Source of the DNA: Felis catus
Lineage: Eukaryota
Reading direction: 5' to 3'
Assembly: GCF_018350175.1 (NCBI RefSeq)
Contig: NC_058368.1
Coordinates: 66,714,001-66,778,000, forward strand
Length of the DNA stretch: 64,000 nt
Below the pieces are notes generated by a model, which was given only the letters and a program-made list of their open reading frames with translations, ran no database searches and was not told the origin of the DNA. The translations under genes and the position numbers were made by a program. Positions within the stretch are counted from its first letter, which is position 1. Each line of letters opens with the position of its first letter. Shown here piece by piece: positions 38,691 through 50,986 of this stretch.

Positions 38691-39239
38691 TGTGGCAACT
38701 GTCTTTTTGGTTCATTTCCTCCTCTCACTGCAGTGGGGATGGTGGAGAGAGGAAGGAAGGAGAGCTGTAGGCAACTTTACTAAGCAACAAAGACCATTTG
38801 ACTCTTCTTTTCACCAAAAAGATTATTATTTAATGTTGAGTAGATACTGTTCCAGTGTCTCTGAGATTTATCTCGACAACTGAGAGATATGCCAACAACC
38901 TTGAATTAAGAAAAAGACAGAAAAAGAATCAAAACAAAAATCAAATCATATTGAATTTCAATACACAAAGGCAAGCCCTGTAAACACTTAGAAGCCCACA
39001 GTGAGTGGCAGTTTCTGAACTTGAGATGCTTGTCCTGTGTAGCAACATCATGGCAGGCTGTCAAAAGAACAGTGGGAACACAGGCTGCAAGTTTCAGCTC
39101 TGGCATCGAGTATTTGCGTGATTTAAAATAAGGAAAGCTGTCTTAGGTGCAAAGTGATCTTACTAACCTTCTTCCATATCTATACTTAATAATTTTATAG
39201 TTTTTCCAAAATACAGGTTTTCACAGAAGTTAACAAGCA

Positions 39240-39470
39240 CCTATAGCCCAAGGTCAAATCCTGGCTTTCCCCATTTTTAGCTATATGACTTGGACAAGAA
39301 GTCATTGAACTTCTTGTATCATGGTTTCTTCATCTGGGAAATGGACATCAAAAGTCATTACCTCAACGGATTGTGGTGAGATTTGAATGACTTAAATGCA
39401 TATAAAGTACTTCACACAGTACCCGGCACAAAATAAGTTGATTTAAATGTTAACTATGATTATTACCATC
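39240..39470 (+). mobile_element. MIR
   Basis: tcaaatcctggct...tgacttggacaag...tttcttcatctgggaaatgg...taaagtacttcacacagtacccggcaca. Confidence 0.85.
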
Positions 39471-39536
39471 ATAAACTGTTATTTCTCCTGAGGAGTACAC
39501 ATTAATTGGCTGAGTATTTAAAAACTGAAGAAGGTT

Positions 39537-39750
39537 GGGCACCTGGATGGCTCAGTTGGTTGAGTGTCTGACTTCAGCTCAGGTCATGATCTCACAGTTC
39601 GTGGGTTCGGGCCCCGTGTCGGGCTCTGTGCTGACAGCTCGGAGCCTGGAGCCTGCTTTGGATTCTGTGTCTCCCTCTCTCTCTACCCCTCCTCCACTCA
39701 TGCTCTGTCTCTCTCTGTCTCTCCAAAATAAATAAACGTTTAAAAAAATT
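39537..39750 (+). mobile_element. CanSINE
   Basis: Full-length copy. Confidence 0.95.
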
Positions 39751-40705
39751 CTTTTAACTTAAGCAGGTAAAACAGCTTTTTCCCTCCAAATATGGTTTTA
39801 GCTTTTCATTAATTAGAAAAACATAATAAAATTCCAGAAAAGGCCAAGACTGAATTATTTGTGCTCTGAAATCTGTACCTTCCCCTAAAATCAAATAGGG
39901 TTGTATATGAGTATCTTGAGGGAAGAATGTAGACTTGAGGGAAAAATCTGTTACTGTCTAAAGTGTATCTAAAAGAGAAAACTTTGGCAAAGTACCAGTG
40001 GAAAAGTGATGAGAGAATATGACATGTGTGAAGGTCTACTTCCTCAGGAGAATATCACAGAACATGGCTTAGGAAGAGAAACATAAGTTTTGAAAGAGAA
40101 AATAAAGCTAAGGGAGAGATTGTAATTGGAGTTTTGGAGGTAAGGATTCATTTTCTTAAATATCTAAAGAATTTAGGAGATGACACAAGCTTTAGGGAGG
40201 CAAAAATGAGGAATAAGTGGAGGGATCACTAATACCTGTCCTAGCCCTTTAACATTGCTTTATAATTCTTTTTGTTAGTTGCCAGCAATCATGTGGGGTA
40301 GAGTAGTGCCTATTTAATAAACAAGAAGACTGAAATTGTATAGATACTCAGAGTTGGTTCAAACGTTTAGAAGGTAATAACTTAGGCTGGACTTAATAAA
40401 AATGTCAGAAGTAACTATGCGATACAGAGAAGTAGAGTATTAATGAACAGTTGTGTGTAGTATTTTCACAGGATGGCTAAGAAGGATAACATACCATTAA
40501 AATGCAGGCCCAGAAAACTCCTAAAATATCCAGGCGCCAGTTAGAATGTTTAAGAGTTGTAAGTCATTGTTTCTATCCTCCTCCTTTACCTTGCCTGCTC
40601 CACCCCCCATGTTTAGGTCCATATAGTCATGCTCTGGGACAGTTAAACCTTAAACCTTAAAATCAGATATCTAAAAGAACTAAACAAGGCAGAGATGGTT
40701 ACTGG

Positions 40706-41110
40706 TGTAGCAAAATTCATGTTCTCCCTCCGATGGGATAGAGTTGCCACTAGAAAATGGCTGCCCCTTGGGGGACTACATTTCCCAGCTTCCCTTGCAG
40801 GTAGATGGAGCCATGTGACTATTTCTTACTAATGGTATGTGAGTAGAAGTGATGGGTTGTCTCTTTTCGGTCAAGGATTTTAAGATGTTATTCTTCATCC
40901 ACACTCTTGCTCCTTTCACTGGTTGGATGCCAACGACAAGGCCCTAAGCTATGGTAGAGTCACGGCCTGGAATAAGACTGGGTCCCTGAATTACTTTATG
41001 GAGAAAAGTCATCAGAAACCCTCACCTGGGTCTGTGTGTGAACAAGAAATAAATTTGCATCGTGTTAAGACACTGAAATGTTGGGGTTTATTTGTTTCAG
41101 CAGTTCAGAC
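40706..41110 (+). mobile_element. Old MaLR LTR (MLT1J-like)
   Basis: gactacatttcccagcttcccttgcag...gccatgtgact...ctgggtccctga...gaaataaattt...ttaagacactgaaatgttgggg. Confidence 0.8.
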
Positions 41111-41927
41111 TGTAACAGTAAATATTAGTTTCTTTTTAGCAAACATTTATTTTGTGAAAACTTTTTTTTTAAGAGCCAGTCACAGAATTTATATTCTCAG
41201 CTGCTTTCTGTGTATACTTGGGAAGTCACTTAGCCTTGCAAGCCTAATTTTCTCATCTTCAAAAGGTGAATGAAAATAAAATAAAATTGTATCTCTCAAA
41301 GTGTTTTCAAGCTGTGAAGGGCAAAAAAAGTGAAATATTATTAAGATTACAATAGTGTTTCATACCCCTGTGACATCACATATGCTGTTCATTTTGGAAT
41401 TCCCTTAACTCCTTCTCTTTTTTAGGGCTCACACAACTTCACCCTTCAAATTCAAATACTCAAACTGTCTTCTCACTGAAGACTTTTTCAACACCTCATG
41501 TCTTCCCTTTCTCTCTCTCTGCCCCACCAGTGGTTAATTGTTCCCTTCTCCTAAGCACTGTACACATGATTAACTAACTCGACAAATATTTGCTGATCAC
41601 CTATTACGTGCCAGACAGTATTCCAAGAATGGGTGGGGCAACAATAGATAAGAGAATCGAAGTCCTTGCTTTTGTAGTTTTATAATCTAGTAGGGGAAGA
41701 AAGGTCTGAGAAAAAGATGATGGTGCCTTGGATCAGGGTGATGCAGAGGGGATGGAGCACAGTGATCGACAATGTCATCAATTTAAAAAGCAGATCTTGA
41801 TTCAATTCCATCAAGCTGTGTGACTGGAGAAAGGACTCAATGCCGGAGTCTGTCCACATCTGTAATAGCTACGTCAACAAGATGGTAAGGATTCGAGAAG
41901 ATAATATATATGTGACCTTCATATTGT

Positions 41928-42331
41928 TGTTACAGACTGAGTTGGGCTCCCCCCTGTTCCCACCACCAAGTTCATATACTGAAACCCTAATCCCCAGTGT
42001 GACTGTATTTGGAGATAGGGCCTTTAAGGAGGAAATTCAGGTTAAATGAAGTCATTAAGGTGGGACCCTAATGCAATAAGAATAGTGTCCTTATTGGAAG
42101 AAGAGACACCAGAGTGTGCCTGCTCTCGTTCTCTCTGTGTGAGAACACAGAGAAAACACAAAACAAGATGAAGATACCATCAAGCTGAGAAGAGAGGTCT
42201 CACCAGAAACCAGGCTTGCAGGCATCTTGATCTTGGACTTCCAGCCTGCAGAACTCTGGGAAAATAAATTTCCATTGTTTAAGCCACTCAGTTTGTGGTA
42301 TTTTGTTAATGTACCCCGAAAGACTAATACA
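41928..42331 (+). mobile_element. MaLR solo LTR (MLT1A/B-like)
   Basis: tgtgactgtatttggagatagggcctttaagga...tcttggacttccagcct...aataaattt...agactaataca. Confidence 0.92.
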
Positions 42332-42582
42332 ATTATAATGATTTGTTCAGAAGCCTTCTCTCACACAACCTTATGACCTTCTTCAAGGCTACAATAGTGT
42401 CATAGTCTCCTCTGCACCCCAGGAGCCCAGCTCATACAGAGCGGCTGATTCCTTGTATCTGTTTAGCTATGGAAATTGCCATCTATGTGTATTCCAATGC
42501 GGAATCCAAGCTTTAGATATTGTCATTTAGGGCCCAGTTAAAAAAAAAAAATTTAAGGGCATTCTTTTAAAAATAAATTTTA

Positions 42583-43667
42583 AAAACTATAAAACTCTTA
42601 GAAGAAAACTTCTAAGTCTTTGTGACCCTGGATTAGATATAGCATCTAAAGCACAAACAGCTAATGTGTATGTATACATATACAGTGTATATATATCAAG
42701 AAAGGGAAACAACAATCTACAGAACGGAAGAAAATATTTGTAAATCTTATATCTGGTAAGGGTCTGGTATCTGGAATACACAAGGAACTCTTTCAATTCA
42801 ACAATAAAAAGACAAATAACCCAATTTAAAAATGGGCAAAGGATTTGAATAGACAAGTCTCCAAATAAGAACGGCTGATAAACACACGAAAAAATAGTCA
42901 ACATCATTAGTCATTAAGGAAATACAAATCAAGCCACAATTAGATACCACTTCATACCCACTAGAATGGCTATTAAAAAAAAAAAAGGACAATAATCAGT
43001 GTTGGCGAGCATACGGAGAAATTAAAGCTCTTGTACGTTCCTAGTGGGAACACAAATGGTGCAGCTGCGGCGGAAAATAGTTTGCTGTTTCCTCAAAAAA
43101 AAAAAAAAAATTGAAAATAGAATTACCATACGATCCAGCAATATTAGTTTTGGAGATATACCCAAAAGAATTGAAAGCTGGGTCTCAAAGAGATATTCAC
43201 ACATTCACGTTCATGGCAGCGTTACCCGCAATAATCAAAAAGTGGAAGTAACCCAAGTGTCCACTGACAGACACATGATAAACAAAACATGGTAAATCCA
43301 TACAAGGGAACAGTATTCCGTCTTAAAAACGAAGGACATTCTGACAAACGTTATAAACGTGGCCAAACCTTGAGGTCATTACGTTAAGTGAATGAGCCAA
43401 TCACAGAGGACAAACGCTGTACGACTCCCTTTAGGTGAGGCACCTGGAACGATCAAATTCACAGAAGTTGCAAGCAGAATGAGGGTTCCTAGGGGGGAGG
43501 ATGAGAAGGGGGTGAGGCGGTGTTTGATGGCACGGAGCTCAGTTTTGCAAGAGGGAAGAGTTCTGGGTGTTGGTTGCACAACAACGTGAGTATACTTAAT
43601 GTCACTGAACCGTCCACTGAAGATGGTACCTTTTATTTTATGTGCCTTTTATCACAATTTAAAAAAG
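42583..43667 (+). mobile_element. L1MB-type element: ORF2 3' end plus 3' UTR, degenerate
   Basis: aaaactataaaactcttagaagaaaac, aatgggcaaaggatttgaatagaca, agataccacttcatacccactagaatggcta, ends ttttatcacaatttaaaaaa. Confidence 0.93.
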
Positions 43668-43956
43668 CTTAAAATGTCCTTAGCCACCACATGCGTGTGT
43701 TCAACACATCGCATACACGTGGACAGACCCACGCACCCACCCCCACTTTGCCCCCCTGGATTTCATTCATCCTCAAAGCTCAGAGAGGTTTCAAGTAAAA
43801 CAAAAATGTCCAGGCAAAACCAACCCAAGTTCGGGCCCCACCAGAAAGGCCAGAATTACCATGCTTCAGATGGCAGAAGGCCCAACGTCAGAAGTCTTCA
43901 ACTTCTGCACAGGCTATTTTGTGTTAGAACCCTGGACCTAAAATATCCGCCAGAAG

Positions 43957-43987
<31 letters not shown>

Positions 43988-44383
43988 CCTCCCTCGCCCG
44001 TAATGGACTGTCTTCGGCCTGTCTTTTGCTGTAATCAAAGTTCGACTCAATAGTAGCAAATGGCTCGAGTGTTCTGAGGCTCTGCTTGACAGGCTATAAT
44101 TAGAAACACTTTACTTGACCTTTTATAAGCCATGATCCCCCAACAAAATGGTGCCGAATCACATTTAAAAAACCCTCTTGCATCTTTTGTGAGTGCGGGC
44201 AAGATTACAGGATACTTTTATTTTAGAATAATTACACTGTGACCTTCAGAGTTATTTGCAAAGGTCATATTCTCTTCACATACCCTTGATTTCCTTTCAG
44301 TTTTTCCTTTTGTCCCACCAGACATAAATTTAGCGAAGGAAGAAGAAAGAGAGAGTATTTTTTCTGTGGATGAAAACTGAAGA

Positions 44384-44740
44384 AGATAGTTCAAAGTCCC
44401 CATAGGCGCGCGGAGGGCTGTGGGCTATGATAGGCTATTTTCTACCATTTAGCTCCTGCATTATCACTGCTCCTTTTTCTTCATTATTCCCCACTTATCA
44501 CATGCAGCATCACTGCAGAGCCCAAATAGAGAGTTGTAATTACCCAGCTGCCACCTGATAGCGCCCCTTCTATCATCTTTATCTCACGAGGCCTTGCTGT
44601 TTCATCATTGGATAAGACTTGCCCATGGCAATGCCTGCGATAGTGCATCTCACAGATACATTTAACGTTTACTCATTTATCGCAGAAAAATGCTGAACCC
44701 GGGCCATTATGAGACGCACTTGCCAGTGTATTTGTTCGGT
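44384..44740. promoter_or_regulatory. GATA-site cluster, candidate enhancer
   Basis: Seven WGATAR matches (44384, 44428, 44461, 44495, 44556, 44570, 44579) and four near-matches; E-boxes at 44545 and 44552; FOX-like gtttac and tatttgt. Confidence 0.7.
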
Positions 44741-44814
44741 AAGGTTACTGGTCCTCCCTTCCGCAGCAGCCATTTTTTTCCCCTTTTCTTCCTGCAAACA
44801 CCCAGGCCACAACC

Positions 44815-45090
44815 GACTACGGAAAGGAAATTTTAATGGACCGGTCCGGCACCCGGAGCGCGGGGACCGCCCGCGGGTGTGGCCGGGTGCGCGCCCACGC
44901 GAGCGCGCGCGGACACCCACGCTCCGGCCGCCGAGCGCCTCACCCGCCTCGAACGCGCGCCGGCAGAGGGAGGGCCGCCCGCCGCCGTGCAGGGGCGCTC
45001 TGGCCGGGAGAAGGTGCTGCCTACCCAGACCTGCGGAAGCGTCGCCTTTTGGAAAAGGTTGGCCTGCTAGTGATTGTAAACAGCGGGGCC
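44815..45090. promoter_or_regulatory. Small CpG island
   Basis: Very GC- and CpG-dense non-repeat stretch (gcgcgc, ccgccc GC boxes) in an otherwise CpG-poor window. Confidence 0.85.
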
Positions 45091-45244
45091 AAAGTTGATT
45101 TCTTAAAAAAAAAAAAAAAAAAAAAGAAAAAAGGATGAAAACATATAATGGGCACCTCTTTGACAAATCCCTTGAGGTTTTCCTTTACTCACCATTGGGG
45201 AATATAGCCCGAGGACAAGTTTCAAGAATAAGTGATGTGTATGG

Positions 45245-45245
45245 A

Positions 45246-45279
<34 letters not shown>

Positions 45280-45292
45280 CGCGCGCGCACGC
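45245..45292. repeat. (TG)n(CG)n alternating purine-pyrimidine tract
   Basis: About 12 TG units run directly into about 9 GC units. Confidence 0.95.
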
Positions 45293-45424
45293 CACACGTG
45301 CACTCTCGTTTTGCTTAGTGCAACTAGAGGGATGGACTTATATGCACATTTCTATTTGACCTGGGATAATTTACCTACACTGTGGCCACTGCCCTCGTTA
45401 AAACCTGTTGGAAATTCGAAAGGG

Positions 45425-45738
45425 TATTTTTTAAAAGCTTTATCGAAGTATAGATGATGTACCAAAAAAACTTGTACATATTTAATGTACACCGTTTGAT
45501 GAGTTTGGACATGCACACACCTGATTCTGTCAACACAATCAAGGCAATAAACCTATCCATCATCTCCAAAAGTTTCCGTATGTCCCCTTTTGTGCTGGTT
45601 GTGCTAAACACGTTGAATGTGAGATCAACACTCTTAGCAAATTGGTAAGTGTGCAATGCGTGTTGTTAACAGGCATTGTGTTGTGCAAGAACTCTCGAGA
45701 ACTTATTCATCTTGCATACCTGGGACTTTTTACCCTTT
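45425..45738 (-). mobile_element. L1MA/MB-type 3' end
   Basis: catatttaatgtaca...ttgatgagtttggaca...cacaatcaaggcaataaac...gaacttattcatcttgcata. Confidence 0.88.
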
Positions 45739-46671
45739 GGAAAACAAAGGGTTATTTTTTACTCTGGGAGAAAGGCCTATTAGGAAGAAAAGAAATTCTA
45801 GGGTTAATTTTCATAACACCTTTATATATATATATACATATATATATATACACATTTAGTATTAAATGGCCTTAAATTAACAAGTGAGAAATGAAATGAG
45901 CAAAAATTATTTACATTCTTTTTAACAATGGCAGTTTCATTTAAGCACACTTTAAAAAAACCTCAATGAAAGTTCATTTTCATAAATAACGACTTGAAAA
46001 ATCCTCCTTTGGCTTGTCAGACAATTTTGCAGGCAACCCAGCCCATTATGGAAAAGGCAGATTTGTGCGTGTGGTTGGACATCAGTGAGGGAGAAAATGT
46101 GTTGCTCACGATACCAACAAAAGGTGCACATTTCCCCAGTGTCGGATTTAAAATGTGGTTTTACAGATGTGGTTTTCAAAATTACATCCTTCATGCATAT
46201 TTAATCTGGCTTGATTAATTTACTTTATGGGATGATCTATTTAAAACAACAAACAGTAATTCCTCATAATAACCACTCCCTGTCAGCTCACTGTGAATGC
46301 ATTCACATACACACTGAGGGCAATGTACCTGTACACAATTTCCCAGCTTGTTGAAAGGCTCTTCTGTGCCAGTATTTGATTTCTTTTTGATATCAAGATA
46401 AATTAGAATTGTGCCTTGCACTTCTGTAAAACCATTCTTTCACAGAGTGGCTCTGAAGGAAACGGGCATGAGAAATAAAACCTACTACAGATGTGTACAG
46501 TTTTATTATTTATTTGAAAATTTTTTACTTTTTTTTTTGTGTGGACACAGTAGCTACAAATAAAGTTATGGCGACAATCAGGGTTGTGAAAGGGAGAGTC
46601 TGCATATTTTTAAAAATACTTGGAGTCTGAGACTCATATAGAATAAGGATGAATTTCATTGAATCCAGTTT

Positions 46672-46738
46672 TCCTTTCTTTTTTTTTTTTTTTAGAGAGA
46701 GAGAGAGATCGTGAGTGGAGGAGAGGGGTGGGGAGAGA

Positions 46739-46786
<48 letters not shown>

Positions 46787-46899
46787 CTTAAGCAAGCTCC
46801 ACGCTCAGCAAGAAGTCCCATGCAGGGCTCGATCCCAAGACCCTGGGATCATGACCTGAGCCAAAATCTAGAGTCAGAGGCTCAACCAACTGAGACACC
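46672..46899 (-). mobile_element. Older CanSINE with (GA)n tract
   Basis: gaatcttaagcaagctccacgctcagc...gatcatgacctgagccaaaatc. Confidence 0.92.
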
Positions 46900-47319
46900 T
46901 TCCTGGTATTTTAACTTTTATTTTTTATTTGAGTATCTTACCCTGTGCATTTTTGGATTGCCTTAAACTTATTCTAGGGAAAAAAAAGTCTTGAGATTAT
47001 ATGTTCACAGTTCAAATATAATTTAATCAGTGAGAAGACTGTTTATTTACTATGACTTAAAATGTATTCCCTGGAAAGAGCAGAAATAGCACATGGCAGC
47101 CTTCTATAGGGCATCCAACACATAACCACAAATTGAGAATTCTACTTTTGTCTTCTACCAAATGGAATTAGAAATTGCTACAAGATCCCCAAGGACTGCC
47201 CCCGCCCTCTGTCTATGGTTCTCCAGTGGCTCGAGGGAAAGAAGTACTCGGTACCTTCACCAATCTCCCGTGCGAACCCCTGAATGGTTTTCATCTCCTG
47301 TGGCTGGAAGCCTAGGGCA

Positions 47320-47500
47320 GGGAAAGCAGTACTGTGGTGGCAAAGTATAGTTCAAATCACATAACCTCCTTTACTGATGTGGGGCCTTGAGGAAGTTACT
47401 TAACCTATGAGAAGTCTCGGTTTTCTTATCCTTACAATGGGCAGAATAATAACACCTATCTTATAGGGAAAGTGGTAGACTGAGTGTATATGCACCGAAG
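47320..47500 (+). mobile_element. MIR
   Basis: gttcaaatc...ccttgaggaagttacttaacct...tctcggttttcttatc...aatggg...aataataacacct. Confidence 0.75.
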
Positions 47501-50130
47501 TAAACACTCGGCCATGGGTCACTCATCTACTTTCATCTGGGTGCCCTGATGCAGGAGGAATGACACATGGGCCCGTGGAGCCAGTGGGCGAGACATTGCT
47601 CTGCATTTAATCATTGTGTGGTCTCCGTGGGTGAGGCGAGTCTTCCCCGTGGCACACGTTATTTATTGAGTGGCCACGGTTGTTTTACTCCCGTTGAGTC
47701 ACAGAAGCAAAGTTATTTTATGAGGTGATTAAGTCGCATGTGGTTGTGCTTCTGACAGCTAGGAAGAGCATCCTGAAGGCCCATTCATCCTGTTAAGCAG
47801 AGTTTTGTTGCATATTGTATATTTACACAGAGAAGGGATCATGGGCTTTTATAATACTGAGAAGCCAGACCTATACCAGACGTTAGGATCAGGAACCTGG
47901 ATTTCACTTGGGGTTTATGATTCAACCAGGAAAAGTTACATTGAAATTAAAAGATTTTTCTTAGTCTAAAACTTCCTCTGGAAAACAGAATCCTATTTAG
48001 AAACATGTGCTCTTTCTTTTTTTCCAACCTACTATGGCTCTCAGAGGCAGGGCAGTAGCACACAGGCCTCAGAATCAAGTTGGTTATGGCCGCCGCCCAA
48101 AGACGAGGCAGAGAAATTTCCCAAATACACGGGATTTCCTCCCGGGGTAGCATAAAATTTAGGTAGAGCGGCACTTGGTGAACTGACCAGCCAGATTGTT
48201 ATGAACTCACTGCTCAGCTTAAGCGATAGCTTGCAAAGGACATGCCTTTCAGATATAATATATTTCTAGAGTAATTTAAAGGCCTGTCCTTTCTCCTCGT
48301 TCAATGTCATCGGAGAACATTTGGAGGGGATCTTAACTGGAGGTCCACGTGGGTTTCAGAAGATTTGTGGATCTGACAGTTTCTGCCCAGTTTGGAGTCC
48401 ATGCTTAAGTTTCCGCGGGACAGTGCCTAACTTGGATCAGAGTTTCACAGGCGTTTGTGTCCCGAGACCAGGGGAAGAATCACTCTTTTGCAACACATTT
48501 TCCAGAAAAGGGAAGAACAGAAAATCCAATAGAAGAAAGAAATCTGAGAAAAGTGCACATAAAAGGAAAGAATGAATGGGAAACAGGTTTTCAGGGAGCA
48601 GAAAAGCCCGTGCAATCTCGTCCCCCCTTTTGTGCTATGCTGTCAGACCTTCACTGGCCTTTGCCAAGCCCTTTGGCTGCGGTTCAGGAAGGCCCAACAC
48701 GCGGGCGTTCACCCTGTTCTGGAGCGGCATGAAGAGGTTTCATGTAAGCCCCCGCCCCCTTGAGAAACAAGAGCCAGGTGATTAGTTTGAATTGGCCCGG
48801 ATTTTTCTTTCTCTTTCAAAGAGCTAGGATTTGTGTTACGTGCACACTGCCACAAAATGGCATGTCGTATCATGCACATCTTAACTCAAACTTCATTGAG
48901 CCCGTATGTGTCATCCCTCACGACTGCCTCTTGCCACTTTGAATAAAAGTATAGGTGTTATTATGGCAGCTCCTAAAAGCGAGCCTATTGATCTATTAAA
49001 AGAAGCACTTTTAATTAAGCAATCATATGAGATGGGTTCAAGATGCCAAGTAGTACATTTCTATGAATGACTGCCAGGGAAGGGCATTGCAGAAACTTAT
49101 TTGAGTTATTTGCCAGATTCGAAAGCTCTTCTTCCAAGAAAACCTCTCTCCCTCGTTGGAAAGCCAAGATAGCTATAATTTTTCTATTGCTGTGTCTTAA
49201 GGACATCTAGCCTGAAATCAGCCACATTTCAAAATGGATGATCTTATTTAACTTCTCTTGGGAGCTCACCTTATAGATAGGAGTTCATGCTTCATTTTGA
49301 GAGGCATTTCTCCCTAGGGGAGAATTTGTCCCTGTTCCCATCCTGAACAGAGAAAAGGCTAATAAAGGAACAATTATAATAATCTGATGTCCTTGCCTAT
49401 TTAAAAATTTCAAACTCCTGTACAGTTAGACGGTCAGAGGTGGAGGTAGGTATCGAATAAATGTTCAGTGAGGTCTCAGAATCTTCGGTTCTTTCCTTGT
49501 TGTTGACCCTTTCGTTGCCTGAGTGTCCCCGTCTATAAAAATCAGCTTATTTAATTTCTTAATGACAAGGTCTTTCTCAGTCTTAGTTCCCTGCATCATC
49601 TTGTCGTCACCTCCCCAGCTGGTAGGTCCTTCAACTCTTTTCCGAACCCATCCAGATTTCAGCCACCCTGAAGGACCAGCTCAAACCTACCTCCTTCACC
49701 AGAGAGACCTATAGCCCACATTGATTTTCTTCTCTTGCCAAACTTATTTACAACTCAGATCTGTGTCTGTCATGTACAATTTTATGTCATCACTGTCTCA
49801 CAAGGGTTCCTTTTATGTTTTGGAGCAGATTGAAAACTCCCCATGGGACTGTGTCTTGAATATTTCCCATATAGTGGATGGTCACAAAATAATAAGGATA
49901 AGGTGAATGGTTACTTTATTTTCTTGATGTGATTATCTGTCGATGGTGAATTGGATAAAATTGGTAAGGCAGGTTTCAGCCTATGGCTGGGAATTTCTCT
50001 CTGTATTTGGTTTCCTGTCATGGTTTAAAAAAAAAAAAACGAGAAGAAGAAGAAAAAAGAAAGAAACTACGGCTATGCTAAGGTTTAGAAATTTAGAAAA
50101 TTTAGTGGAATCTCATGAATAGGATTAAAA

Positions 50131-50336
50131 TTTTTTTTTTCAACGTTTATTTATTTTTGGGACAGAGAGAGCCAGAGCATGAACGGGGGAGGGGCAGAGA
50201 GAGAGGGAGACACAGAATCAGGAACAGGCTCCAGGCTCCGAGCCATCAGCCCAGAGCGGGGCTCGAACTCACGGACCGCGAGATCATGACCTGGCTGAAG
50301 TCGGACGCTTAACCGACTGCGCCACCCAGGCGCCCC
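50131..50336 (-). mobile_element. Young feline CanSINE
   Basis: 18-bp TSD tcatgaRtaggattaaaa at 50113-50130 and 50338-50355 (one mismatch). Confidence 0.97.
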
Positions 50337-50627
50337 ATCATGAGTAGGATTAAAAAGAACTGAAAAGGTCACAAATAATTCAGGTAAGCTCATAGGAGTC
50401 ATTCTGGCACACTCATCTGTTACAAACCAAACTTGTGCTGGGCACAGAGGTAACCAGCTTCATACATGCCTTTTGCCTTTCATCGTCACTCCACCCATGA
50501 CGCGTATTATTATCCACATATGACAGATGAAAAACTAGACTGGAGAATGCACCTGATGTGCCCATGATCACCTTGCTGTCTCAATGCTGGGAGTTCAACC
50601 AGGTATCAGACTTTAAGGTCCATGATT

Positions 50628-50753
50628 TATTTTTAGTAGGTCTCACACCCAGCATGGAGCCCCATATGGAGCTTGAACTCACAGCCCTGAGATCTAGATG
50701 TGAGCTGAGATAAAGAGTGGGACGATTAACTGACTGAGCCACCCATGCGCCCC
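50628..50753 (-). mobile_element. Short old CanSINE inside a MIR
   Basis: cttgaactcacagccctgagatc...gactgagccacccatgcgcccc; TSD gtccatgatt. Confidence 0.85.
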
Positions 50754-50779
50754 AGTCCATGATTGTTTTTATGTTTATT

Positions 50780-50945
50780 TGTTTCCCTCCTTAACTGTAT
50801 TGAGGAGTCATTGATAAACATAACTAATATAATTTATGTTTAAAGTATACACTGTGATGATTTAATATATATGGTGGAATGATTACCAAGATGGAGATAC
50901 CTAACTCATGTAATCACTTCATGTGATTAACTCTTTTGTTTTCTT

Positions 50946-50986
<41 letters not shown>

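Noticed and set aside
42587..43589. Several ORFs of 60-106 aa
   Set aside because: They lie within a degenerate L1 ORF2 end and 3' UTR with frameshifts
44669..45166. 165-aa and 129-aa ORFs over the CpG island
   Set aside because: R/G/A/P-rich frames that stay open because GC-rich DNA lacks stop codons; they include poly-F/K from the A run and match nothing I recognise
45640..45652. Consensus donor G|gtaagt downstream of the CpG island
   Set aside because: It falls inside an antisense L1 3' end; no evidence of use
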